A DNA stretch of 64,000 bases from Candidatus Micrarchaeia archaeon. GTDB lineage: Archaea > Micrarchaeota > Micrarchaeia > Anstonellales > J096. Each line of letters begins with the position of its first letter. Position 1 is the stretch's first letter. Shown one piece after another: positions 18,776 through 27,285 of this stretch. The translations under genes and the position numbers were made by a program. The notes beneath the pieces are model-generated. The model worked only from the letters and a program-made list of their open reading frames with translations. It made no database searches and was not told the origin of the DNA. The stretch spans positions 860-64,859 of the forward strand of contig JBGQMY010000004.1 in assembly GCA_041500865.1 (NCBI GenBank), read 5' to 3'.

Positions 18776-19873
18776 TCAGTCCTTTCCGCTTATGAAATCC
18801 TCAAGCCTTTTCCTTGCGTCAGGGTCTGACATCTCCATTGGGGGATGCTTCATAAGATAGGCGCTTGCCGCCGTTACCGCGCCGCCCTGCTTCCTGTCAA
18901 GCGCGAGCTTGGCGCACCTTATTGCATCAACCGAAATGCCTGCGGAATTGGCCTTGTCGTCAACCTGGAGCCTTACCTCCATGTTGTACGGCCTGTCGGC
19001 CCACATCAGACCCTCTATCCTCATGTACATGACCTTCGTGTTTTCAAGGAACGGCACGTAGTCGCTTGGGCCAATGTGTATGTTATTGTCGGAAAGCCTT
19101 TCCCTCAGCTGGCTCTGCACGCTTTCAGTCTTGCTTATCTTCTTGCTGGTTAATCTCGTCAATTCTTTCATGTTCTGGAAATCCGTGTTGCCGCCGACGT
19201 TCAGCTGGTAGCTTCTCTCTATCTTTGTGCCCCTGTCGTCGCAGAGCTTCGCGAGCGTCCTGTGCACTATCGTTGCGCCTACCTGGGCCTTTATGTCGTC
19301 CCCTATTATTGGAATCCCTTTTTCCCTGAACCTTTTCTCCCATGCAGGGTCGCTTGCGATGAAAACAGGCACGCAGTTGACGAACGCGCAGCCCGTCTCA
19401 AGCGAAACCTCTGCCCAGAACTCCGTGGCTTTTTGGCTGCCGACAGGAAGGTAGCTGACAATCACTTCAGTCTTTGTTTTCCTTATCTCGTCCAAAATTT
19501 CCTTTCTCAGCTGCTCCATCGGCTTGTTTGTAATAGGGTCTATCTTTTCCTTGACAAAATATCCTACCCCATCGAGTACTGGGCTTTCCCTGACAATGCA
19601 GTCTGATTTCGGCATGTCCTTTATCCAGTCCACCATGTTCGGGGGTGCGTTCCCTGCCTCATGCAGCGGCTTGCCGACCTTGTTCTTTGCGACGTCAAAC
19701 GCGCTGACGAATTCTATGTCCTTCCACGAATACCCGCCCAATGTGTCGTGCATCAGGCCTGCAACCTTTTTCGATGGATTCCTCTTGTAGTATTCCAGCC
19801 CCTGCCAAAGCCCTGCAAAGCAGTTCCCTATTCCGACAATTCCGACGCGAATCTTTCCTGCCATTTTTTGCAC
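18776..19873 (-). CDS. ino1: myo-inositol-1-phosphate synthase
   Basis: IRVGIVGIGNC, VSYLPVGS, NCVPVFIASDP, IIGDDIKAQVGATIVHR, LNVGGNTDF and SKKISKT closely follow the Mycobacterium/Thermotoga-type Ino1. The start is GTG 19873 or ATG 19864. Confidence 0.9.
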   Translation of the reverse strand: MQKMAGKIRVGIVGIGNCFAGLWQGLEYYKRNPSKKVAGLMHDTLGGYSWKDIEFVSAFDVAKNKVGKPLHEAGNAPPNMVDWIKDMPKSDCIVRESPVLDGVGYFVKEKIDPITNKPMEQLRKEILDEIRKTKTEVIVSYLPVGSQKATEFWAEVSLETGCAFVNCVPVFIASDPAWEKRFREKGIPIIGDDIKAQVGATIVHRTLAKLCDDRGTKIERSYQLNVGGNTDFQNMKELTRLTSKKISKTESVQSQLRERLSDNNIHIGPSDYVPFLENTKVMYMRIEGLMWADRPYNMEVRLQVDDKANSAGISVDAIRCAKLALDRKQGGAVTAASAYLMKHPPMEMSDPDARKRLEDFISGKD

Positions 19874-19915
19874 ACAGTAGTTTTGTCCGGCTTGTTTTAA
19901 AGAGTTGCTATTGCG

Positions 19916-19944
19916 TTTTAAACTGTTTTGGGCATAATAAGGCT
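19916..19944 (+). promoter_or_regulatory. ankyrin-family leaderless promoter (TTTTAAACTGTTTTGGGCATAATAAGGCT)
   Basis: The TATA box starts 29 nt upstream of ATG 19945. It is related to the cassette upstream of 62338. Confidence 0.6.
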
Positions 19945-20421
19945 ATGGAGCAGCGGCATAAGGAAAGGAGCCAAAAACCAAAGCTGCGCGAGCGCACAAG
20001 GCAGGTGCTGGCATCGGCTGCGCGGTCAATAAAGAGGGCGTTTGCCGGAAGAAGACTTGACAATGCGTTCTTCAGGGCCGTGCGGAATGGCGACAACGCG
20101 GAGATAAGGCGGCTCATAAAGGCCGGAGCCGACATCGCCGCAAAGGGCGATTTTGGCTGGACAGCCCTGCACTATGCCGCAAACAACGGACATGTCCAAA
20201 CCTGCGCCCTGTTAACAAGAGAATACGCGAAAGCCGGCGGAGACATAAAAGAGCTAATCGCCATAACGGATGCTTTTGGCTGGACAGCCCTGCGCCGTGC
20301 CACAAAATGGAGATATGCCCAAATCGCGCAGTTATTCAAATCCATGCCGCTATTGCAAGGCTGGGTTGGGAAGGAAACGTTCAGCTCGTTCATGGAATCG
20401 TTCGGGGAATGTGTTTCCTAA
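19945..20421 (+). CDS. ankyrin-repeat protein, family member a (C-terminal Cys tail)
   Basis: It has GWTALHYAANNGHVQTCALLTREYAKAGGD and the tail FSSFMESFGECVS. Start moved to MEQRHK, because the ORF-track extension runs through the promoter. Confidence 0.85.
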   Translation: MEQRHKERSQKPKLRERTRQVLASAARSIKRAFAGRRLDNAFFRAVRNGDNAEIRRLIKAGADIAAKGDFGWTALHYAANNGHVQTCALLTREYAKAGGDIKELIAITDAFGWTALRRATKWRYAQIAQLFKSMPLLQGWVGKETFSSFMESFGECVS

Positions 20422-20480
20422 GGCTAATCCGTCAAGCAGCAATGGATGCTTTTTAAATATTCCTCACTAATCAATATCCG

Positions 20481-23198
20481 ATGGCGAAAAAAACCCTGGA
20501 GCAGGTGAGGGTCAAGGCCCTCATAAGGCAGGTCCAGTCAAACGATTCCGCGCTCGGCGCCATAATAACGTACCTTGCGTGCATCTCCATTCTCTTCGCG
20601 ATATACTTCTATCCCGTCTACCTGATACCGTTCCTTGCGCTGATTCCGGCATTGCTTTCATACAAGTTCCATCCTGGCATCGGGCTTACGGCAACCTGGC
20701 TCATCGCATTGCCGGCATTTGCGTTCCAGAGCGCGGTTTTCGCCTGGGTCGGCTCGATATTCCTTATCGTCGTGCTTTACACTGCTGCCGACCATTGGGC
20801 GACCATATCGCTTGCCACGATAGCGGTGTTCCTGCCTTTTGCGCCGTTCCCGCTCTCGTTCCTGGGGGGCTTCATCTACCTCGTCCTGCTTGTGGGCGGG
20901 ATGTACCTTGGCTCAAAGGAAAGCATGCCGTTCACCGTGACGACAGTATTGCTCATATTATTGGCAAGCGCAACGTGGAACGTGCCGAACTCGGCGCATT
21001 TCCCGCTAAATCCCGCAAGCAATTTCCAGACAAACGACTATCTGCTGCGCGCGACAGACATACCGTTTTATTACTCTGACTTCCTTCCTGCCTACTCCAA
21101 GGCGATATCCAACCTGGTCAACTTCGGGGCGGCAATGAACTTCGGGAACACGCTGGGCGTTTTGTGGCACAACCTGATGGTCATATGCTTCGGCGACACA
21201 GGGCTGATGCAGGCGCTGTCATGGATGGCGGTCATCTGGTCGGCAGTGTACTTCACTGGCAGGCCGCTTGTCCGCCTTCCGATGATGCTGCACAAGAAAG
21301 TGGAAATGTCGTTCCTCTTCCTGCTGCTGATTCCCGTGATTTACACCATTTTCTATGCGCTTGACAACAGCCCGTACCTGATAGAGATGCCGATATACGC
21401 CGTGGCCAGCATACTGGTCGCGCAATGGATGATGAACAACAAGATAATGACGTTCAAGGAGCTTGAGATAAGGAGCCATGAGACAGAGAAAAAGTTCGGG
21501 ACAACTGCGGTGCAGGAGATGTCCCTCAGCACAGACGTGCAGAGCATGGAGGATTTCGCCAACTACGAGGAGACGAAAAAGGAAATTTACAATTCAATAG
21601 TGATTCCGCTGCAGAAGCCGGAAATATCCATCGCATACAATATCAATCCGCCAAAAGGCATCCTGCTTTTCGGGCCCCCGGGAACCGGAAAAACGTTTTT
21701 GATGAAGGCGCTGAGCAAGAAACTGGACTACAACATGCTTTACATAAAGACGTCGGACCTGCTCAGCTCCCTGTACGGCGAAAGCGAGAAGAACGTGAGC
21801 AAGATATTCCAGAATGCGAAAAAGACGGCCCCATGCATACTTTTCTTCGACGAGATAGACGCCATAGGCAAGAAGCGCTCCAGCGAGGACTATGTGACGT
21901 CAAGGGTGCTGGACACCCTGCTGGTCGAGATGGACAACACAATGTCAAAGCCAGGCAAGCCGGTCATATTCGTGGCTGCGACCAACGTGCCCCAGCTGAT
22001 AGACAGGGCGTTCATGAGGCCCGGCAGGATAGACAAGATAATATACATGCCGCTGCCGGACAGGCACGGCAGGGAGGAAATCTTCAAGGTCAAACTGAAG
22101 GGACTTCCGATTGCCGATGACGTTGACCCTGGCAAGCTTGCCGACGAGACGGACAGGTTTTCGGGCGCCGACATAACGCTGGCAGTCCAGGAGGCGAAAG
22201 GAAGGGTGGTTGACAACCTAACTGAAAAGCTCACTGAGGACCAGCCGGCAAAGGGCGAGATAGAGCTTATAACGATGGACGACCTGCTTTCGGCGGCGAA
22301 GTCGATAAAGCCGTCCACGTCGTTTTCGGACCTGGAGGCTTACGAGAAATTCCAGTACGACTTTGAAAGGAAGAGGAAGAAGGAGACCAAGAAGGAGGAA
22401 GGCGCGATTGACTTCAAGGACGTCGTCGGCATGGACGACGTCAAGGAAACGCTCAAGCAGTCGCTTGAGCTTCCGATAAAGCACCCTGAGCTGATAAAGG
22501 AATACAGGATTGAGGTTCCAAAGGGCATACTGCTTTTCGGGCCTCCCGGAACGGGAAAAACCTACCTTGCAAAGGCAGCAGCAGGCGAATTCAAGATACC
22601 CATACTGCTTGTCAGCGGGGCAGACCTGATGAAAAAAGGGCCGTCGGCCGCAGCTGAAGAGCTGAAGACGATATTCAACAGGGCAAGGGAGAACCCGCCG
22701 GCAATAGTGTTCATAGACGAGCTGGAGACAGTGGCGCCCCTCAGGGGCTCTTCAGACATCATAGTCGGCCAGCTGCTCCAGGAGATGGACGGCTTGGCAA
22801 AGAACAGGAACATCATGGTCATAGGCGCAACCAACATGCCGCACATGGTTGACACTGCGCTGCTCAGGCCAGGCAGGTTTGACAAGATAATATACGTCAG
22901 CCCATCGGACCTTGCGGCAAGAAAGGACCTTTTCAAGATGTACATGGCGCCGTTTGAGAAGGGGCTGGACCTTGCGGCGCTCGCCAAGAGCAGCGACGGC
23001 TTCTCGGCCGCGGATGTAAAGTCCGTATGCTCGGAAGTGAAGATAGACGCCGCAAAGGAAAAGATAAGGGGCATGGGCCAGCCGTCCATCACGACGGAAA
23101 AAGTGATGGCGAAGCTGGTCTCAAGGAGGCCGTCAATAACCCAGAACATGCTCAGGGAGTTCGAAAGGTTCATGCAGGAGTATGGCGAAAGAAGGTGA
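20481..23198 (+). CDS. membrane-embedded tandem AAA+ ATPase (CDC48/VCP-like D1-D2 with an N-terminal domain of about 10 TM helices)
   Basis: 905 aa. Residues ~20-330 are strongly hydrophobic and multi-helix. Two AAA modules follow: PPKGILLFGPPGTGKT...LFFDEIDAIG and VPKGILLFGPPGTGKT...VFIDELETV. Confidence 0.85.
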   Translation: MAKKTLEQVRVKALIRQVQSNDSALGAIITYLACISILFAIYFYPVYLIPFLALIPALLSYKFHPGIGLTATWLIALPAFAFQSAVFAWVGSIFLIVVLYTAADHWATISLATIAVFLPFAPFPLSFLGGFIYLVLLVGGMYLGSKESMPFTVTTVLLILLASATWNVPNSAHFPLNPASNFQTNDYLLRATDIPFYYSDFLPAYSKAISNLVNFGAAMNFGNTLGVLWHNLMVICFGDTGLMQALSWMAVIWSAVYFTGRPLVRLPMMLHKKVEMSFLFLLLIPVIYTIFYALDNSPYLIEMPIYAVASILVAQWMMNNKIMTFKELEIRSHETEKKFGTTAVQEMSLSTDVQSMEDFANYEETKKEIYNSIVIPLQKPEISIAYNINPPKGILLFGPPGTGKTFLMKALSKKLDYNMLYIKTSDLLSSLYGESEKNVSKIFQNAKKTAPCILFFDEIDAIGKKRSSEDYVTSRVLDTLLVEMDNTMSKPGKPVIFVAATNVPQLIDRAFMRPGRIDKIIYMPLPDRHGREEIFKVKLKGLPIADDVDPGKLADETDRFSGADITLAVQEAKGRVVDNLTEKLTEDQPAKGEIELITMDDLLSAAKSIKPSTSFSDLEAYEKFQYDFERKRKKETKKEEGAIDFKDVVGMDDVKETLKQSLELPIKHPELIKEYRIEVPKGILLFGPPGTGKTYLAKAAAGEFKIPILLVSGADLMKKGPSAAAEELKTIFNRARENPPAIVFIDELETVAPLRGSSDIIVGQLLQEMDGLAKNRNIMVIGATNMPHMVDTALLRPGRFDKIIYVSPSDLAARKDLFKMYMAPFEKGLDLAALAKSSDGFSAADVKSVCSEVKIDAAKEKIRGMGQPSITTEKVMAKLVSRRPSITQNMLREFERFMQEYGERR

Positions 23199-23203
23199 AA
23201 GAC

Positions 23204-24634
23204 ATGAAAATCTCAATAACAGAAAAGCCTGATGCGGGCATCATCGCATACGCGGCGTTCAAGGGCGAGAAAAAATCCGCCAGCCTGGTTTCGGCCGCAT
23301 TGGCAAAGGCCGTGAAGGCTGGCGTTTTCCGGGGCAGTCCCATGGAGGCGTCGTTTTTCAACGACAATGGCCAGTTCCTTTTCATAGGCCTTGGCAAGAA
23401 GGAGGACTTCTGCGAGGATGACGTCAGAAAGGCCGTCGGCATTGCAGTGAAATGGGCAAAAGGAAGGAAGCTCGGCTCGCTGTGCTTCGTTCCAAACCCC
23501 GATGCAGGAAAGCCGGAAAGGCAGGCCGCGCTTGCAGCCGAAGGCGCACTGCTTTCAGACTTCACAGTCAACTTCAAGACGGACAAGGAGGACAAGGAGC
23601 AGAAGGAGCTTTCCTTTTCAATTGTTTGCAAAAAATCGGCGCAGAAACCTTTTTCTGACGCCGTTGTTGCCGCAGAGGCGCAGAACTATGCCAGGAAACT
23701 GGCAAACACGCCGCCGAACATCGCGACACCGGAGTTCATGGCAGCAGAAGCCAGGAAGCTCGCAAAGGAATGCAAGTTCTCAATAGAGGTTTTTGACCGT
23801 AATGGATTGAAAAAGATTGGCGCGAACGGCATACTTGCTGTCAATGCAGGCAGCCCGCGCCAGGCATACATGATTCATCTTATTTACAAAGGCGGGAAAG
23901 GAAAGATAGCCCTTGTGGGGAAGGGCATAACGTTTGACGCCGGCGGCATAAACGTCAAGCCCTCTGATGCGATGCTGGACATGCACATGGACAAGACAGG
24001 CGCATGCGTTGTTTTGGCCATAATGAAGGCCGCATACACACTCAAGCTTCCTTTTGAGATTCACGGCATCGTCGCCTTTACTGAGAACATGCCTGATGGC
24101 GCTGCTTACAAGACCAACGAAATAATCAGCATGGGCGGCAAGACCGTTGAGGTCTACCATACGGACGCAGAAGGCAGGATAATCCTTGGCGACTGCCTGT
24201 ATTACGCCTCGCAGAAGGCAAAGCCGGACTATATTATAGACTATGCCACGCTGACAGGCGCGATGAGCGTCTCGCTTGGCAGGCAGGCGTCGGGCCTTTT
24301 CTCCAATGACGACGGGCTTTCTGACACTCTTTCAAAAGCCGGCTTCGAGACATGGGAAAGGGTTTGGAGGATGCCGATGTGGAAGGAATACGATGAGCTG
24401 GTCAAGGGGGCAATCGCTGACATCAGGAATGTAAGCACAGCAAAGGGCGAGGGCGGCTCCATCTCAGGCGCCAAGTTCCTTGAGGCATTCGTCGGCAAGG
24501 GCATCAAGTGGGCGCACCTTGACATAGCGTCAATGGATATCGCAAAAGGCCATCCTTACCTAAATGACTTTGGCATAGCTCCGGGCGTCAGGCTTACAAT
24601 AGCCGCGCTTAAGGCGATGACAAAAGGGAAATAA
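23204..24634 (+). CDS. pepA: M17 leucyl aminopeptidase
   Basis: VGKGITFDAGGINVKP and HTDAEGRIILGD signatures are present. Start set at MKISITEKP, 6 nt after the AAA gene's stop. Confidence 0.9.
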   Translation: MKISITEKPDAGIIAYAAFKGEKKSASLVSAALAKAVKAGVFRGSPMEASFFNDNGQFLFIGLGKKEDFCEDDVRKAVGIAVKWAKGRKLGSLCFVPNPDAGKPERQAALAAEGALLSDFTVNFKTDKEDKEQKELSFSIVCKKSAQKPFSDAVVAAEAQNYARKLANTPPNIATPEFMAAEARKLAKECKFSIEVFDRNGLKKIGANGILAVNAGSPRQAYMIHLIYKGGKGKIALVGKGITFDAGGINVKPSDAMLDMHMDKTGACVVLAIMKAAYTLKLPFEIHGIVAFTENMPDGAAYKTNEIISMGGKTVEVYHTDAEGRIILGDCLYYASQKAKPDYIIDYATLTGAMSVSLGRQASGLFSNDDGLSDTLSKAGFETWERVWRMPMWKEYDELVKGAIADIRNVSTAKGEGGSISGAKFLEAFVGKGIKWAHLDIASMDIAKGHPYLNDFGIAPGVRLTIAALKAMTKGK

Positions 24635-24636
24635 AT

Positions 24637-25206
24637 TCAGAACTCTATCTCGTTGCCGCCCCTTCTCTCCGACTCCTCCTCTGCCTTGGCCTCTGCCTCC
24701 AGCTTCTTCATCTTGAGGCGGATGTTCTTGCCGCTGATGTTCACAGGGATGGAGATTGCCGCCTCTATTGGAACGACGGTGTAGATGTTCTTTGCCAAGT
24801 CCACTGCATTGACCTTCGCCTTCTCTCCCTTGAACGGGCCTGATATTATCTCAACGATGTCTCCCGGCTCTATGGCAACCGCGACCTCGGCCTTCTTCTC
24901 CATCATCTTCTTGACGTCCTCAAAGGTCAGGGGCGCGCCCTTTATCATGCCCTTGACGTGCTTTACCCCGTCAATGAGCTTTGCCACGGCATTGTCGTCG
25001 TCTGCCTCCATGACCAGGTATCCCCTTACGTCCTCCTTGAAGAATATGGAATAGACTTTCGCCTTTGTCGCCCTCACCTTCTGGCTCAGCATCATGGCCG
25101 TTATCTTCTCCTGCTTGACCGCTATCCTGACTATGAAGAACTTGTGCTGCGCCGAAGCATCAACAGGCTGCGGCGGCGCCTCTGCCATCTTTTCCATATC
25201 ATCCAC
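24637..25206 (-). CDS. spt5: transcription elongation factor Spt5 (archaeal NusG)
   Basis: It has an NGN domain (FIVRIAVKQEK...VYSIFFKEDVRGYLVMEADD) and a KOW motif GDIVEIISGPFKGEKAKV. The secE-spt5 order is conserved. It appears to use a GTG start. Confidence 0.85.
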   Translation of the reverse strand: MDDMEKMAEAPPQPVDASAQHKFFIVRIAVKQEKITAMMLSQKVRATKAKVYSIFFKEDVRGYLVMEADDDNAVAKLIDGVKHVKGMIKGAPLTFEDVKKMMEKKAEVAVAIEPGDIVEIISGPFKGEKAKVNAVDLAKNIYTVVPIEAAISIPVNISGKNIRLKMKKLEAEAKAEEESERRGGNEIEF

Positions 25207-25210
25207 CTTC

Positions 25211-25378
25211 TCATACGAGATTCACTATTAGCGACATCACGATGCCGATTCCGCCCAGTATGAGCAGGAACACGGCCGTTATCCTCGCGACCTTGCTTAT
25301 CTCGTCCTGCTCCGGGTTCTCGGCCCTCCTGAGCACGAATATGCTTTTCTTTATCAAGTAAAGTATTCCCTGCCCCAT
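25211..25378 (-). CDS. secE: preprotein translocase SecE / Sec61-gamma (55 aa)
   Basis: Not in the ORF track because it is under 60 aa. Own translation is MGQGILYLIKKSIFVLRRAENPEQDEISKVARITAVFLLILGGIGIVMSLIVNLV. It has a single C-terminal TM helix and sits in the canonical position between ftsZ and spt5. Confidence 0.8.
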   Translation of the reverse strand: MGQGILYLIKKSIFVLRRAENPEQDEISKVARITAVFLLILGGIGIVMSLIVNLV

Positions 25379-25382
25379 CCGC

Positions 25383-26603
25383 TCACCCTACCTCTTCCAG
25401 CTCAAGCTCGTCAAGCTCGACCGGCTTCAGCGTCATGTCCTGTGCAGGGAACTTGACCCCCGCAAGCACGACCAGCACCTTGAGCGCCGACTTCTTCATC
25501 TCCTTCTCTATCCTTGCGCCGAACTTTATGAGCACGTCCGGAGAAACCCTTTTTGCCGTTTCCTCCACGATATACTGCACTTCCTTGAGCGAGAGGTCCT
25601 CTCCGCCGGTTATGTTAATCAGTACCCTGTTGGCGGATGAGATGTCCACGTCAAGCAAAGGCGAGCTTAGCGCAGTCTCTATAGCTATCCTCGCCCTCTC
25701 TTCCCTGGGCACGTCAACATTCGCCTCCCCGACGCCTATGACCGCATACCCGCCGTCCTTCAGCGCGGTGCTGAGGTCCGCGAAGTCAACATTGACCAGG
25801 CCTTCCTTTGTGACAAGGTCGCTTATGCCCTTGACCGAGCCCGCAAGCACCTCGTCGCAAACCCTGAAAGCAGTGTTCAGCGGCAGGTCAGGAGCTATGG
25901 TGAGCAGCTTGTCGTTCTTTATTATTATCAGCGTGTCCACGCTCCTCCTGAGCTTGTCCAGGCCCTGCAGCGCATTCTGGTATTTGACCTTCCCTTCTGA
26001 CGTGAACGGAAGCGTGACTATGCCTATGGTGAGCGCCTTTGTCTCGCTCTTCGCCATCTTTGCCATGACAGGCAGCGAGCCTGTTCCCGTTCCCCCTCCC
26101 ATCCCGCACGTGAGGAACAGCAGGCTGGCGTCCTTTATGGACTCCTTTATGACTTCTATGGTCTCCTGCGCCGCCTTCTCGCCGCATTCAGGGCTGCTTC
26201 CGCATCCCCTCCCCCTTGTCAGCTGCTTGCCAAGCAGTATCTTCCTGTTCGCCTTTATCTTCAGCAGATGCCTGGCGTCGGTGTTTGACGCTATGAGCGA
26301 TATGCCCGTAACGTTCATCTCGTGGAGCCTGTTCAGCGTGTTGCATCCGCTTCCCCCTGCCCCTATGACGAATATCTTCGGCTCGCTTTCCTCTATGAAC
26401 TTGAGTATGTCCTCCTCGTCGTCGCTCGCGCTGGCCGTCATCCCCTCCGCAACTTCCGCGGCGCTGTATTTCTCTTCCTGCGCTGGCATAGGTGCTGTGA
26501 TGGCTGGCGCCGGCGTTGCAGGGGCTGGGGCCTGCGGCGCAGCGTTCTGCGCTGGCTCTTTAAGCATCTCCTCAGGCTGGGGCTTTGTCTCCTCTCCTTC
26601 CAT
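25383..26603 (-). CDS. ftsZ: cell division protein FtsZ with an N-terminal low-complexity extension of about 75 aa
   Basis: It has VIGAGGSGCNTLNRL and the tubulin signature GMGGGTGTGSLPV. An SD-like GGTGA lies 7 nt before the ATG. Confidence 0.95.
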   Translation of the reverse strand: MEGEETKPQPEEMLKEPAQNAAPQAPAPATPAPAITAPMPAQEEKYSAAEVAEGMTASASDDEEDILKFIEESEPKIFVIGAGGSGCNTLNRLHEMNVTGISLIASNTDARHLLKIKANRKILLGKQLTRGRGCGSSPECGEKAAQETIEVIKESIKDASLLFLTCGMGGGTGTGSLPVMAKMAKSETKALTIGIVTLPFTSEGKVKYQNALQGLDKLRRSVDTLIIIKNDKLLTIAPDLPLNTAFRVCDEVLAGSVKGISDLVTKEGLVNVDFADLSTALKDGGYAVIGVGEANVDVPREERARIAIETALSSPLLDVDISSANRVLINITGGEDLSLKEVQYIVEETAKRVSPDVLIKFGARIEKEMKKSALKVLVVLAGVKFPAQDMTLKPVELDELELEEVG

Positions 26604-26687
26604 CTGAACTCACCTTTCGCTAACGGATTTGCAATATTTGAACAATCATGTTTAAAAAGTTGCCTAAATGTGCCACGTTAAAGATGT

Positions 26688-26710
26688 CAAAAAAATAAAA
26701 AAGAAAATTG
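26688..26710 (-). terminator. oligo-T terminator candidate (CAATTTTCTTTTTTATTTTTTTG on the minus strand)
   Basis: The T-tracts begin 9 nt after the stop of 26719-27009 and precede the ftsZ promoter. Archaeal terminators are typically oligo-T. Confidence 0.5.
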
Positions 26711-26718
26711 AAGAGGAT

Positions 26719-27009
26719 TCACCTCTTCTTCTTGCCTTTCTTCTTCGCTGCCTTTTTCTTTCCCCTCTTTCTCTTCCTCTTGGCGCCTTTCCTGCCGCCC
26801 CTGTTCATCTTCGCCTTGTACACATATCCGTCGTTCCCGACGTAATACAGATATCCGGCCTGCTTGCTCACCTTGGCGCTGCCCACCTTCTTCTTCCTTC
26901 CGCCGGTGTTGTGCTTCATGGGTACGGCCCAGACGCATCCGTCGCTTCCTACGAAGTAGAGATATCCCTTTTCCCTACTTATCTTTTCATTTCCTATTTT
27001 TTCTGCCAT
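26719..27009 (-). CDS. small basic protein with two GYLY[FY]VG[SN]DG.V[WY] repeats and a Lys/Arg tail
   Basis: 96 aa: MAEKIGNEKISREKGYLYFVGSDGCVWAVPMKHNTGGRKKKVGSAKVSKQAGYLYYVGNDGYVYKAKMNRGGRKGAKRKRKRGKKKAAKKKGKKKR. Start set at the MAEK ATG with an SD-like GGGGTG upstream. Confidence 0.65.
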   Translation of the reverse strand: MAEKIGNEKISREKGYLYFVGSDGCVWAVPMKHNTGGRKKKVGSAKVSKQAGYLYYVGNDGYVYKAKMNRGGRKGAKRKRKRGKKKAAKKKGKKKR

Positions 27010-27256
27010 TTTGTATACACCCCTAATTTTTCTTCTGTTCGCATTTTGCGTTCCCCTCTTTTTAAACTTTGTCCCCGTCAACCCGACAATCCTACGAATA
27101 CAGTTGTTTTTAGTGTTGGTAGCTCGTTGTTTTACGTCGGTTTTCGGTTTTTTTAACGTCGATCCTTTTTCTTTAGAAAAGAAAAAGTCTTCACCCCAAA
27201 AGAAACTACTTTAGGCGCTGCTGCGCCACGACGTGGGATTGCGCCATGCAGCCTGA

Positions 27257-27285
27257 TTTTTAATCCTTTGCCGCACAATGGAATC
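27257..27285 (+). promoter_or_regulatory. ankyrin-family promoter cassette (TTTTTAATCCTTTGCCGCACAATGGAATC)
   Basis: The TATA box starts 29 nt upstream of ATG 27286, and the conserved CTTTGCCGCACAAT box is present. Confidence 0.7.

Noticed and set aside
25435-26607. A 390-aa plus-strand ORF antisense to ftsZ.
   Set aside because: FtsZ on the minus strand has all its signature motifs. The antisense translation is a Ser/Leu/Ala-rich shadow.
27011-27214. A 67-aa hydrophobic plus-strand ORF in the 275-nt intergenic region between the small basic gene and the ANK array.
   Set aside because: It starts inside the promoter/SD region of the minus-strand gene and has no TATA box or SD of its own. The T-rich sequence naturally translates as Phe/Leu. 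The region may still hold regulatory elements.
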